Origin: Brevinematales bacterium
GTDB taxonomy: Bacteria > Spirochaetota > Brevinematia > Brevinematales > GWF1-51-8
NCBI GenBank assembly: GCA_013177895.1
Contig: JABLXV010000004.1
Location: 2,496-66,495, forward strand
Length of the DNA stretch: 64,000 nt
Reading direction: 5' to 3'
A program made the translations under genes and the position numbers. Shown here piece by piece: positions 10,039-19,228 of the stretch; the first letter of the stretch is position 1; every line of letters starts with the position of its first letter. A model generated the notes under the pieces. The model was not told the DNA's origin. It saw only the letters and a list, made by a program, of their open reading frames with translations, and did not search any database.

Positions 10039-11250
10039 ATGAGAAAGTTTTTGTTGTTTGCTGTTTTAGGTTTAGTCCTGGTTGCTGGGCAGGTTCATGC
10101 GGACGGTACTCGTGCACTATCCATCGGTAGTCCGATCGCGTTGGTGGACGATACGTCGTTTATTAACACGTTCCCTTCCCGTTTGCAGAGTTTCCCGAGC
10201 GCCGTTTTCTTCGGCGCGATGAGCTCGACTATTGTTACCATGTTTCCCGGTATAGCGCTTCGTCTGAGCGACGCGTTCGCGATGATGTATATCTATGACC
10301 AGCCGGACGGATTATATGGCGGAACCATCCCCGCTGCATTGAATGCCAGAACCGGCGTAGCTTTAGGCACTGCTATGCACAGTCCTCTGAATCTCTGGTA
10401 TGGTATGAAGATGGGTGGATTGCAGATTGGTATCTTCTATCGTCTTAGTTATTACTCCACTACTTCGGCAGAAGGCTTTAATACCAATACTGGTGTTGTC
10501 GATGCGAAAGATTACGGTACTTACTATCTCCATACAATTACTCCCGGTTTAACGATTATGATGGATGATAAGGGTTCCGCTCTCGATCTCGCTGTCAATG
10601 TCGGTCTTCAGTCCTTGAATAACATGGCAGAGAACGCAGGTACTACCAACATTGTTTATGCTCCCGGAATCAAACTTCTGGGCGCCACTGCTCAGTTGAC
10701 CATGCAGTTAGTTCCTGAATTCCGTCTTGCGTTCCGTCTTAATGCATCTCACCAGAACAACAATTATGTCGATTATAACGTTCTTGCCGGAAGCAATACC
10801 ACAAATGCTAATATCTTGAACCATGTAAATACCATCGGACTTACCGCTGGTTTCAAGTATCAGATCATTCCCGCTCTCGGCATCTATTTCGACCTGATCG
10901 GCCAGTTGTCCCAGACTTATAATGGCGCTACTATCGCTGATACACTCACCCTTCCTCCGTCGAATAATTTCGGCGCCGAGTGGGTAATAGATGCTTGGGC
11001 GTTCAGAGTCGGTATGAATACCCGCTATTCTCTTACAACGGTCAGCACTATTGTAGACGGACGCATATCCGGTAAGACCTATGCGAATGCTATCAGTTAT
11101 ACTCCTTATCTGGGTATCGGGTACAAGGCGCTTCCGTGGGCGATCAACTTCATCATCGACCCGCAGATATTCACTAAAACTATTCTTATCATATCTTCCG
11201 CGGCCAGCTATACTCCGATCGTCCGCTTCCAGTTGAATTACGTATTCTAA
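10039..11250 (+). CDS. Predicted outer-membrane beta-barrel or porin-like protein (family not recognised)
   Basis: Signal peptide MRKFLLFAVLGLVLVAGQVHA. Gly/Ala/Thr/Asn-rich amphipathic strands. C-terminus VRFQLNYVF ends in the terminal Phe typical of the OMP beta-signal. Followed by a strong terminator. Confidence 0.65.
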   Translation: MRKFLLFAVLGLVLVAGQVHADGTRALSIGSPIALVDDTSFINTFPSRLQSFPSAVFFGAMSSTIVTMFPGIALRLSDAFAMMYIYDQPDGLYGGTIPAALNARTGVALGTAMHSPLNLWYGMKMGGLQIGIFYRLSYYSTTSAEGFNTNTGVVDAKDYGTYYLHTITPGLTIMMDDKGSALDLAVNVGLQSLNNMAENAGTTNIVYAPGIKLLGATAQLTMQLVPEFRLAFRLNASHQNNNYVDYNVLAGSNTTNANILNHVNTIGLTAGFKYQIIPALGIYFDLIGQLSQTYNGATIADTLTLPPSNNFGAEWVIDAWAFRVGMNTRYSLTTVSTIVDGRISGKTYANAISYTPYLGIGYKALPWAINFIIDPQIFTKTILIISSAASYTPIVRFQLNYVF

Positions 11251-11266
11251 GAAGTATATTTTTGAT

Positions 11267-11297
11267 AAAGACCCCGCTTTCTGCGGGGTCTTTTTTT
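11267..11297 (+). terminator. Rho-independent terminator after the OMP pair
   Basis: AGACCCCGC (11269-11277), loop TTTCT, GCGGGGTCT (11283-11291), then a T7 run. Confidence 0.85.
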
Positions 11298-11366
11298 ATT
11301 TTCACGCCTTTTGATTTTTCCTAAAATCCATGTTATCATATCACCTAATCTCCAATAGGATAATTT

Positions 11367-13082
11367 ATGAAACGAGTTTTATTTCTCATAGCGGGCTTTG
11401 TCCTTTTCGCCAATTCATTCTATGCCGTAGAGTTTCTTTCATCCGATAAGATCATACCCGGCATGAAAGGATACGGTATCACCGTCTTCCACGGATGGAC
11501 GCCGGAACGTTTCGAAGTCGAGATAATCGACGTAATGAAGAACTCCGTGCCGGGCCCCAACGGCGACGTGATCCTTGCGCGATGTACGGGGAATATCCTC
11601 GATAAAAGCGGGGTGATCGCCGGGATGAGCGGATCGCCGGTTTATATCGACGGGAAGCTGATCGGCGCGGTTTCGTCGACATGGGCATACTCCAAGGATT
11701 CAATCGCGGGGATTACCCCGATCGCCCGTATGCTCGAACAGAAAGACCTGCACAATCCGGCCTATTTCTCCGGCAAGAGTTCCCTGAAGAAAATCGCCAC
11801 CCCAATCGTCCTACACGGCGTATACGGAGACGCGAAGAAGATGGCGAACGATTTCTTTATGGAGAAAGGGTTTATGACTTGCGACGGGATCGGAGGCGGG
11901 ATAAGTACCCCTGACGATAAAACCCTGCAACCGGGCGATTCTATCGCGATTAACCTTGTCGACGGGGATTTGAATATCGCCGCGATCGGTACGGTCACTT
12001 ATGTTTCCAATAACGATATTTATATTTTCGGCCACCCGTTCGACCAGTTCGGGAACCTGCGTCTGCCGATATCCAAATCGTATGTTTATACGGTTATCCC
12101 GTCGATAGGGCTATCCTTCAAGCTCGGCGCGGGTTCGGAACCGTCGGGCAGTACGATATTCGACGGCGAGGCCGCGGTATACTGTCAGTCGGGCGCGGCT
12201 CCCACTATGATACCTTTGAAGGTGATTATCGATTCGCCGTCGGGTAAAAACGAGTTTAATTACCGGATTGCCGACGATAATACCTATTTTCCCATGCTCG
12301 CTTCCGTTGCGCTTTCTTCCTCGATGTCGCGCGTGATGGGGATAATGGATAATAAGACAATATCCTATGATTTCAGAATGAAACTCCTGATTGACGGAAA
12401 GGAAACAATTTTTACCAACTCCTACATATATTCCATCGACCCGAGCTTCTATTCATATATGTTTATGCTGATGGACTTACGATACTATTTCACGACCTTT
12501 ATGAATACCGACCTTGCGAAAGTAAAAGTCCTTGTCGCGCAAGTACGTATCACTATCAGACAGGGCGTCAATTACTTCGTCATCAATGATGCGTTTTCCG
12601 ACAAGCCGGGATATTTCCCCGGGGAAACGGTTAACGTGCATGTCATGATGCGGGAGTATCTTTCCGAAGTGAAATCGTACAGTATTCCGCTGACTATTCC
12701 AAAGGAAATTCAACCCGGCAAGTATAAAATATTTATCGCGAGTCAGCCATCGGTCTATTACCAGATCACTAAACTTTTTCCCGATATTGCGTGGGTGCAG
12801 AGTATGAAAGACCTGCTCCACAACTCTTCTATGTTTCTCGATAACACCATGCTTGAGGCTGTTTTTATCAGTATCGAGGACGGAGTGCAGCTATCGGATA
12901 AAAAAATGCCTAAGTTTCCGAACTCCTATATTTCATTATTAAATATAAAAAATATCGCGGATCGTTTTTATCTTTTCCCAAATCTTACAAAAGGGGATTT
13001 ACAGTTTATGCATCCTATTTTCGGATTCCAGCAGTTGCAGATCAATGTTTATGAAGAAAAGAAACCTAAAAAACAAGAGTAA
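11367..13082 (+). CDS. Secreted SpoIVB-type serine peptidase (family S55) domain protein with a long C-terminal extension of unknown function
   Basis: Signal peptide MKRVLFLIAGFVLFANSFYA. The motif AGMSGSPVYIDGKLIGAVS matches the catalytic-serine motif of S55/SpoIVB peptidases. The remaining ~350 aa are unassigned. Confidence 0.7.
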   Translation: MKRVLFLIAGFVLFANSFYAVEFLSSDKIIPGMKGYGITVFHGWTPERFEVEIIDVMKNSVPGPNGDVILARCTGNILDKSGVIAGMSGSPVYIDGKLIGAVSSTWAYSKDSIAGITPIARMLEQKDLHNPAYFSGKSSLKKIATPIVLHGVYGDAKKMANDFFMEKGFMTCDGIGGGISTPDDKTLQPGDSIAINLVDGDLNIAAIGTVTYVSNNDIYIFGHPFDQFGNLRLPISKSYVYTVIPSIGLSFKLGAGSEPSGSTIFDGEAAVYCQSGAAPTMIPLKVIIDSPSGKNEFNYRIADDNTYFPMLASVALSSSMSRVMGIMDNKTISYDFRMKLLIDGKETIFTNSYIYSIDPSFYSYMFMLMDLRYYFTTFMNTDLAKVKVLVAQVRITIRQGVNYFVINDAFSDKPGYFPGETVNVHVMMREYLSEVKSYSIPLTIPKEIQPGKYKIFIASQPSVYYQITKLFPDIAWVQSMKDLLHNSSMFLDNTMLEAVFISIEDGVQLSDKKMPKFPNSYISLLNIKNIADRFYLFPNLTKGDLQFMHPIFGFQQLQINVYEEKKPKKQE

Positions 13083-13093
13083 GGGGTCTCCGG

Positions 13094-13729
13094 ATGCAGC
13101 CGAATTTTGAGAAAGTCCTTCATGGCGACCAACTGGACCGTTTTTGGACTATCCCGAATATGTTATCTATCCTGCGAATTATATTATCCGTCCCTATCGG
13201 TATACTGCTTTGGATGAATACCCCTGTGCATTATCTATGGGCATTTATCATCGTGGTAATTGCATATATCACCGACTGGCTCGACGGCTGGATCGCGCGC
13301 GCCACCAATTCGGAGAGCCGTTACGGGAAAATGCTCGACCCCATCGGCGATAAACTGATCGCGGCTGTTATCTCGCTTGTTTTATTAATTAACGGGCTAT
13401 TTCCGTTATACCTCTTCCTGACTATCGTTATCCGCGACCTTGGAATAACTATAGGCGGGTTGTACGCGATCAAGCGTAAGAACCTTTTAGCTAACCCGAA
13501 TATTGTCGGAAAAATTTCCACTCTGCTTCTCGGGATACTTCTCCCCTTCTATACAATCAAGTACTCAACTATCACCCTGCAGGGAGTATCATGGTTAAAT
13601 ACCGCCGTCGATATCGTTGTGATATACGGTTCGTACCTGGCGTGCGCGCTGTTGATAGTATCCGCCATCATGTACGGCGTCGCATTTTTCCGTAATATCA
13701 TTAAGTCGCAGGACGGGGGAGAAAAATGA
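13094..13729 (+). CDS. CDP-alcohol phosphatidyltransferase family protein (PgsA-like)
   Basis: Perfect family motif D-G-x2-A-R-x8-G-x3-D-x3-D in DWLDGWIARATNSESRYGKMLDPIGDKL. Multiple TM helices. Confidence 0.85.
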   Translation: MQPNFEKVLHGDQLDRFWTIPNMLSILRIILSVPIGILLWMNTPVHYLWAFIIVVIAYITDWLDGWIARATNSESRYGKMLDPIGDKLIAAVISLVLLINGLFPLYLFLTIVIRDLGITIGGLYAIKRKNLLANPNIVGKISTLLLGILLPFYTIKYSTITLQGVSWLNTAVDIVVIYGSYLACALLIVSAIMYGVAFFRNIIKSQDGGEK

Positions 13730-14952
13730 AATACGTAGTCTTTCTGATAGACGGGATGGCGGACTACCCGATACCCGAACTCGGCGGGAAAACCCCGCTC
13801 GAGTATGCCTGCACCCCGAATATGGACAAGCTCGCCTCAAATGCCGTGTTCGGCACGTTCCTCACTCTCCCGAAAGGATTCTCCACATCATCCGATGTGG
13901 CAAATATGTCCATACTGGGATGGGATTTGTCCGAATGCCTCACCGGGCGCGGCGCTGTCGAGAGTTACGGAGCCGGAATAGAGATGGACGATCATACTAT
14001 CGCGTTCCGTATGAACCTGATTACGGTGAAGGACGGTATTCTGCTCGATTATTCCGCGGGGCATATCTCCGAGGATGAAGCGAAAGAATTGATCGATTAC
14101 CTGAAAGGGCATCTTGAAAGCGATAAAGTCGGCATCCGTTCTGGGGTCAGTTACCGCAACCTGCTCTATCTCTATGGCGACGAATTTACCGCCGATGTGG
14201 ACTATGAAAAACCCGATTCTTCCCACGGGCAGTACTGGGAGGAAATCCTCCCCTGCGCGAACGATCCTTTAGGTGTAAAGACCGGCGAACTGCTGGTAGA
14301 GTTAATCTATAAATCGAAGGAATTATTGGAAAACCACCCGGTCAATAAAAAGCGTATTGCCGAGGGGAAGTATCCCGCCAATCTGATTTGGCCATGGAGC
14401 GGAGGCAGCCGTCCCAAAATGCCGTCGTTCTACGACCTCTATGGAAAGACCGGGGCGGTCGTTTCGGCGGTCGACGTTATCCTCGGACTGGGGCGTTTAG
14501 GTAAAATGACCGCGGTTAAGCCCGAGGGCGCGACCGGATGGATTGATACCAATTTCGAGAATAAAGCTAATGCGGGATTGGACTTATTGCAAACCAACGA
14601 TTTCGTGTACGTTCATGTCGAGGCTGTGGACGAGTGCGGACATCTGGGCGACCTGAAACTGAAGATTAAGGCGATCGAAGATACCGACAGCCGGCTGATC
14701 GGGACATTCTTGGAAGGATACAAGTCCCGCTATACCGAAGACCTCCGCGCCGCCGTTTTACCGGATCACCCCGTGCCGGTCAGCATGCGAGCCCATACCC
14801 GCGATAAAGTACCGTTTATGATCTCCGGCGCGGAAATCGATCCCGATGCAAACATTAATTACTACAACGAAAAAACCGCGCTCGGTGGGAAATATATCGA
14901 TTTAAAGGGCCGCGAATTAATGGATTTATTGTTCCGGGAAGGAAAAATATAG
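13726..14952 (+). CDS. apgM: Cofactor-independent phosphoglycerate mutase, archaeal type (ApgM family)
   Basis: N-terminus MKYVVFLIDGMADYPIPELGGKTPLEYACTPNMDKLA and the later HVEAVDECGH and LPDHPVP motifs are typical of ApgM metalloenzymes. ATGA start/stop overlap with the upstream gene. Confidence 0.85.
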   Translation: MKYVVFLIDGMADYPIPELGGKTPLEYACTPNMDKLASNAVFGTFLTLPKGFSTSSDVANMSILGWDLSECLTGRGAVESYGAGIEMDDHTIAFRMNLITVKDGILLDYSAGHISEDEAKELIDYLKGHLESDKVGIRSGVSYRNLLYLYGDEFTADVDYEKPDSSHGQYWEEILPCANDPLGVKTGELLVELIYKSKELLENHPVNKKRIAEGKYPANLIWPWSGGSRPKMPSFYDLYGKTGAVVSAVDVILGLGRLGKMTAVKPEGATGWIDTNFENKANAGLDLLQTNDFVYVHVEAVDECGHLGDLKLKIKAIEDTDSRLIGTFLEGYKSRYTEDLRAAVLPDHPVPVSMRAHTRDKVPFMISGAEIDPDANINYYNEKTALGGKYIDLKGRELMDLLFREGKI

Positions 14953-14977
14953 GCTGTCCCGGTTTCCCGGAACAGCC
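14952..14977. terminator. Hairpin between convergent genes; probable terminator, U-tract only for the minus-strand gene
   Basis: GGCTGTCCCGG-TTTC-CCGGAACAGCC. On the minus strand it is followed by TATATTTTT. On the plus strand no T-run follows. Confidence 0.5.
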
Positions 14978-14984
14978 CGCAATA

Positions 14985-15269
14985 TTATTCGTTATCCTGC
15001 TGTTCTTCTTCGTTCTTCCCAGAGAAGACAATTCTTAACATCGGGACCAGAAGCAGAATGCTGACAAAAAAGAATCCCTTTCCCCACCATAAATCCCTTA
15101 ACACCACCCCCGCTACCATACATCCTATTGAGATTGTTAACAATATAACAAAAAGTACTATCCTGCCTCCGCGGCCGGATTTTACCGTTTCTGTTTGCGC
15201 TTTCATAGATTCCTCCGTTAATTCAAACAACGTCCTTATATCCGCGAAGCGCCGTCTCAAGCGCTCCAT
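14985..15269 (-). CDS. Small hypothetical membrane protein (2 predicted TM helices)
   Basis: 94 aa. Hydrophobic stretches IVLFVILLTISIGCMVAGVVL and GFFFVSILLLVPML, with an acidic tail. No family recognised. Confidence 0.45.
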   Translation of the reverse strand: MERLRRRFADIRTLFELTEESMKAQTETVKSGRGGRIVLFVILLTISIGCMVAGVVLRDLWWGKGFFFVSILLLVPMLRIVFSGKNEEEQQDNE

Positions 15270-15336
15270 GAGATGAAAGAACGTTACCTACATAGACGCA
15301 TACTGAATAACGCGTCTGTAATAATGATAAAAATAT

Positions 15337-15693
15337 TTAGCTGATGGACGGAGGTGGGATTGGATATGCGGTTATTGAGGGATAACTGATAAAATAAGAA
15401 GAACTGTAGTTAAGATAATTCTGAAAATTGTTTCGTGCCGTAAGGTAAGGTTTCAGAAAAACTATCAGGACAACAGAATAAAGCCTGACATTCTTTTTAA
15501 AAATACCCCCTTTGTTAAGGCTCGAATTGTCGTTCTCTTGAATTGCTTGATTTTGAACCATCTCGTTTGGGACCAGAACACTCTTATCGCCTCCGCCTTT
15601 TTCGTAGGAACGGAGGGTAATCGTGCTGAGATTGATAAGCGAGAAGATAAAAACACTGATTCGCAGAATTTTTATAAAAGAAATCCGCTTCAT
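15337..15693 (-). CDS. Hypothetical secreted/membrane protein in a low-GC patch (weak call)
   Basis: 118-aa ORF with an N-terminal hydrophobic segment MKRISFIKILRISVFIFSLINL. Markedly more AT-rich than neighbouring genes. No family recognised. Confidence 0.3.
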   Translation of the reverse strand: MKRISFIKILRISVFIFSLINLSTITLRSYEKGGGDKSVLVPNEMVQNQAIQENDNSSLNKGGIFKKNVRLYSVVLIVFLKPYLTARNNFQNYLNYSSSYFISYPSITAYPIPPPSIS

Positions 15694-15776
15694 ATTACTA
15701 AATCCTCTTAGATATATCTTAGAATAGTTTCCAATTGTTGTAAAGCTTTTACACTATCCGATATATTTCTAAGTTT

Positions 15777-16472
15777 TTAATATCTCTTTAACATATCGCC
15801 CCAGTTTCCCGGTAATCCCGGAGTCCCAAGATGGGCGTCGAGAATTTCCAGATACCTCGCTCTGGGAATATGTTCCGCTCCCAGACTCTCCAGATGATTC
15901 GTATGGAGCTGGCTGTCGATCAACGGGAATCCCGCGTCGCGAAGCTTACGAGCGAGGGTGATGAATGCGGCCTTCGAGGCGTCTGTCCTCCGGGCAAACA
16001 TCGATTCGCCGAAGAAGCAGGCGCCGAGCGATACCCCATAGAGCCCCCCTACCAATTCGCCGTCCTGCCATGCCTCCGCCGAATGCGCGTACCCCGCCTC
16101 ATGCAACGCGGTATATGCGTCGATCATATCCGGCACTATCCATGTCCCGTCCTGCCCCTCGCGCGGCGCGTTCGAGCATCCGGTAATCACATCCCGGAAC
16201 GCGGTATCGAACCGGATATCGAATACCCCTTTTTTCAGGATTCTTTCCATCCGCTTGGATACATGCAGTTTATCGGGAAACAGTACGAAACGGGGATCGG
16301 GAGACCACCAGAGAATGGGCGTGTCGTCGGAGTACCACGGGAAGATACCGTGGGAGTACGCCTCGATCAGGCGCGGAATTGACAAATCGCCGCCGATCGC
16401 AAGAAGCCCGTCGGGCTCGGCGTCCTCGACTGCGGGAAATACCGGGAGGTCGATCAGTTTATATACCGGCAT
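15777..16472 (-). CDS. aat: Leucyl/phenylalanyl-tRNA--protein transferase
   Basis: FPAVEDAEPDGLLAIGGDLSIPRLIEAYSHGIFPWY, WWSPDPRFVL and GGLYGVSLGACFFGESMF are typical Aat motifs. I start at ATG 16472 (MPVYKL...), 1 nt after the clpA stop, rather than the ORF-track start 16517, which would overlap clpA by 44 nt. Confidence 0.9.
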   Translation of the reverse strand: MPVYKLIDLPVFPAVEDAEPDGLLAIGGDLSIPRLIEAYSHGIFPWYSDDTPILWWSPDPRFVLFPDKLHVSKRMERILKKGVFDIRFDTAFRDVITGCSNAPREGQDGTWIVPDMIDAYTALHEAGYAHSAEAWQDGELVGGLYGVSLGACFFGESMFARRTDASKAAFITLARKLRDAGFPLIDSQLHTNHLESLGAEHIPRARYLEILDAHLGTPGLPGNWGDMLKRY

Positions 16473-16473
16473 A

Positions 16474-18801
16474 TTATTTATTCTTGGATATCTCGATAAC
16501 CAGGTCGTCGTTGACAATCTTCGCGGCGGCGCTCCCGCCCTTCGTCAGCTTCCCGAATAATACCTCGTCGATAAAGATACTTTTTACTTTATCCTGTATC
16601 AGACGGGATATTTCGCGCGCGCCGAACGTATCCGAACATCCCTTCCGCGCGAGCCAGTCTATCCCCTCGCCGGGCATATCGAGATGTATCTTTTTCTCCT
16701 CGAGCTGGATGCGGAATTCGTCAATCTGCTTGACGACTATCCTGCGGACGATTTCTATCGGGAGCCTTCGGAATCCGACGATACAATCGAGGCGATTACG
16801 GAACTCCGGCGAGAATATCTTCTCCACTTCTTTAGGGATTGACGCCGCACCGGAAGAGGTGTTCTTCTCGGTGAAACCCATCGACGGTTTCTCTATCTCG
16901 CGCGCACCGGCGTTCGAGGTCATTATGATGATAACATTCTGGAAATTCGCCTTCCGTCCCTGGTTATCGGTCAATGTCGCGTAGTCCATCACCTGCAGGA
17001 GGGTATTGTAAATATCGGAATGAGCCTTTTCAATCTCGTCCAGCAGCAGGACTGAATAAGGGTTTCTGCGGATAGCGTCGGTTAAGAGGCCGCCCTGATC
17101 GAACCCGATATATCCCGGAGGCGCTCCGATTAGTCTCGCAATCGTATGCTTTTCCTGATACTCGCTCATATCGAAACGGTGCAGCTGTACTCCGAGGCTC
17201 ATCGACAACTGCCGCGCAAGTTCGGTCTTTCCCACTCCTGTCGGGCCGACGAAAAGGAAGGATGCGACCGGTTTATTGGGTTCGCGAAATCCCGCGCGCG
17301 ACCGTTTGATGGCATCCACCACGAGATGAACGGCCTCGTCCTGACCGAATACGGTATTCTTCAGACCCGCTTCGAGGTTCTTTAACTGCTTTGCCTCGCC
17401 GGAACTGATACTTTTCTCGGGAACCTTCGACATCTTAGCGACTATTTTTTCTATATCGCGGATATTGATGCGGGGCTTTTTCGCGGTAGGCTTTGCTACC
17501 GCGAGCTTCGCGTAAGCGCCCGCCTCGTCGATTACATCGATAGCCTTATCGGGAAGATGCAGGTCCTGTATATAACGCGCGGATAAATCAACCGCCGCCC
17601 GGATAGCGTCGTCGCTGTAAACCACGTTATGAAATGTTTCATAATAGGGAGTGATGCCCTTGAGAATCTCGTAGGTCTCGTCGGGCGACGGTTCGGTTAT
17701 CTCGATTTTCTGGAACCGCCGGGACAGCGCCCTATCCTGCTCGAAGTACTTTTTATACTCCTCATAGGTCGACGTACCGATGCATTTTATTTTACCGGCG
17801 GTCAGTATCGGTTTGAGAATATGGGACGCATCCAACGCGCCGCCCTGCACCGCCCCGGCTCCGACAATCGTGTGTATCTCATCGATAAACATGATGGAAT
17901 TCGGGATACTTTTCAGCTCGTTCAGTACTTTTTTCAATCGTTCCTCGAAATCTCCCCGGAAGCGTGTTCCCGCGAGAAGCGATCCCATATCAATGGAGAA
18001 TATCTGCGCATCGGCAAGCGACTTGGGGACTTCGTTCAACGCGATAAGGCGTGCAAGCCCCTCCGCTATCGCGGTCTTTCCCACACCCGGGTCTCCCACG
18101 AAGATGGGATTATTTTTATACCGCCGGGACAGGACCTGAATCGTTCGCTCGATCACATCGTCCCTGCCGATTAGCGTATCGATCTCACCGTGCCTTGCCT
18201 TCTCAACCAGCTCGACAGTATAAAGTTTCAGGTATTTTTTCTTATTGGACTTTTTTTCCTGCTCGGTCTGAGCCTCGTCATCCTGCTCGCTCTCACCGGA
18301 ATTCTCGTCCCAGTTCTCCAGATCATCCATATCCTTGAGGGAAAAATCTTCCGATTCGTCGGAATCGCTCGGGAGAACGGAAATACCGTGCGAAATAAAA
18401 TTCATAATATCGAGTCGGAATACCCCCTGCTTTTCAAGGAAATGCACCGCGAACGAATTTTTCTCATCGTACATCGACACAAAAATATCGCCTATATCGA
18501 CCACTTCGCCTGAAGATGTCTGGGAATGTAAAAATGCGCGGTTCATCACGCTCCTGAATCCGATGGATTCGGAAGGAGGGCCTTGCGTACGGTGCGGTAT
18601 TTGGGGATTATCGAAAAAGCTCTCAAGGTCTTTTCTCAGTGTATCGATATCTACTCCGCAGTTAACCAGTATGCCCGCACCCTTGTTATTATAGAGTGAC
18701 GCGTATAATATATGCTCGGGAAGTATGTATTCATGTCCGCGTTTATTCGCCTCACTGACGGCAGAGAGGAGTATCATATTCAGATCGGTACTTATTTCCA
18801 T
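16474..18801 (-). CDS. clpA: ATP-dependent Clp protease ATP-binding subunit ClpA
   Basis: 775 aa. Clp N-domain, two AAA+ modules with Walker A GDPGVGKTAIAEGLA and GPTGVGKTELARQL, and no ClpB-type middle domain. Sits directly downstream of clpS. Confidence 0.97.
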   Translation of the reverse strand: MEISTDLNMILLSAVSEANKRGHEYILPEHILYASLYNNKGAGILVNCGVDIDTLRKDLESFFDNPQIPHRTQGPPSESIGFRSVMNRAFLHSQTSSGEVVDIGDIFVSMYDEKNSFAVHFLEKQGVFRLDIMNFISHGISVLPSDSDESEDFSLKDMDDLENWDENSGESEQDDEAQTEQEKKSNKKKYLKLYTVELVEKARHGEIDTLIGRDDVIERTIQVLSRRYKNNPIFVGDPGVGKTAIAEGLARLIALNEVPKSLADAQIFSIDMGSLLAGTRFRGDFEERLKKVLNELKSIPNSIMFIDEIHTIVGAGAVQGGALDASHILKPILTAGKIKCIGTSTYEEYKKYFEQDRALSRRFQKIEITEPSPDETYEILKGITPYYETFHNVVYSDDAIRAAVDLSARYIQDLHLPDKAIDVIDEAGAYAKLAVAKPTAKKPRINIRDIEKIVAKMSKVPEKSISSGEAKQLKNLEAGLKNTVFGQDEAVHLVVDAIKRSRAGFREPNKPVASFLFVGPTGVGKTELARQLSMSLGVQLHRFDMSEYQEKHTIARLIGAPPGYIGFDQGGLLTDAIRRNPYSVLLLDEIEKAHSDIYNTLLQVMDYATLTDNQGRKANFQNVIIIMTSNAGAREIEKPSMGFTEKNTSSGAASIPKEVEKIFSPEFRNRLDCIVGFRRLPIEIVRRIVVKQIDEFRIQLEEKKIHLDMPGEGIDWLARKGCSDTFGAREISRLIQDKVKSIFIDEVLFGKLTKGGSAAAKIVNDDLVIEISKNK

Positions 18802-18815
18802 CGATCCTCCAACGG

Positions 18816-19130
18816 CTAGGCCGGTTCACAACTACATCTCAAGGGAAAACCGTTCTCACTCGCGAGTTCATGCACCCGCGATATCTTTGTCATCGCGATA
18901 TCGTAGGTAAAAACCCCGCATAACCCATGCCCTTTCTTGTGAATATCCAGCATAATCAATGTGGCCTCTTGTTCAGGCATCCGGAAAACCGCCGATAAAA
19001 CTTCAACGACAAATTCCATCGTCGTATAGTGATCGTTATGCATCAATACCCGAAACAATGGAGGCTCTTGACGCCTGTTTTTGGTCTTCGTCGTCTCGGA
19101 AAATCCGGGTTTACTGTTTTCTTTAGGCAT
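18816..19130 (-). CDS. clpS: ATP-dependent Clp protease adaptor ClpS
   Basis: 104 aa. PPLFRVLMHNDHYTTMEFVVEVLSAVF and HKKGHGLCGVFTYDIAMTK are the canonical ClpS core. Confidence 0.95.
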   Translation of the reverse strand: MPKENSKPGFSETTKTKNRRQEPPLFRVLMHNDHYTTMEFVVEVLSAVFRMPEQEATLIMLDIHKKGHGLCGVFTYDIAMTKISRVHELASENGFPLRCSCEPA

Positions 19131-19155
19131 TATCTTCTCGTTAGATGATATGTAT

Positions 19156-19184
19156 ATAATAAGTATAAACTTTTAGGAAGTCAA
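19156..19184 (-). promoter_or_regulatory. Candidate sigma70-type promoter for clpS-clpA-aat
   Basis: On the minus strand: TTGACT (19184-19179), 17-nt spacer, TATTAT (19161-19156), about 25 nt upstream of clpS ATG. Confidence 0.4.
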
Positions 19185-19228
19185 GCGGTATCTGTTTGTC
19201 TATGGTGTACAATTAGCCGGAGGGTGAT

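Noticed and set aside
18253-18372. Long acidic segment (SDSDESEDFSLKDMDDLENWDENSGESEQDDEAQTEQE) in ClpA
   Set aside because: It sits at the known flexible linker between the N-domain and the D1 ring, which is variable and acidic in ClpA proteins. It is longer than I expect, but this is not evidence of a new domain.
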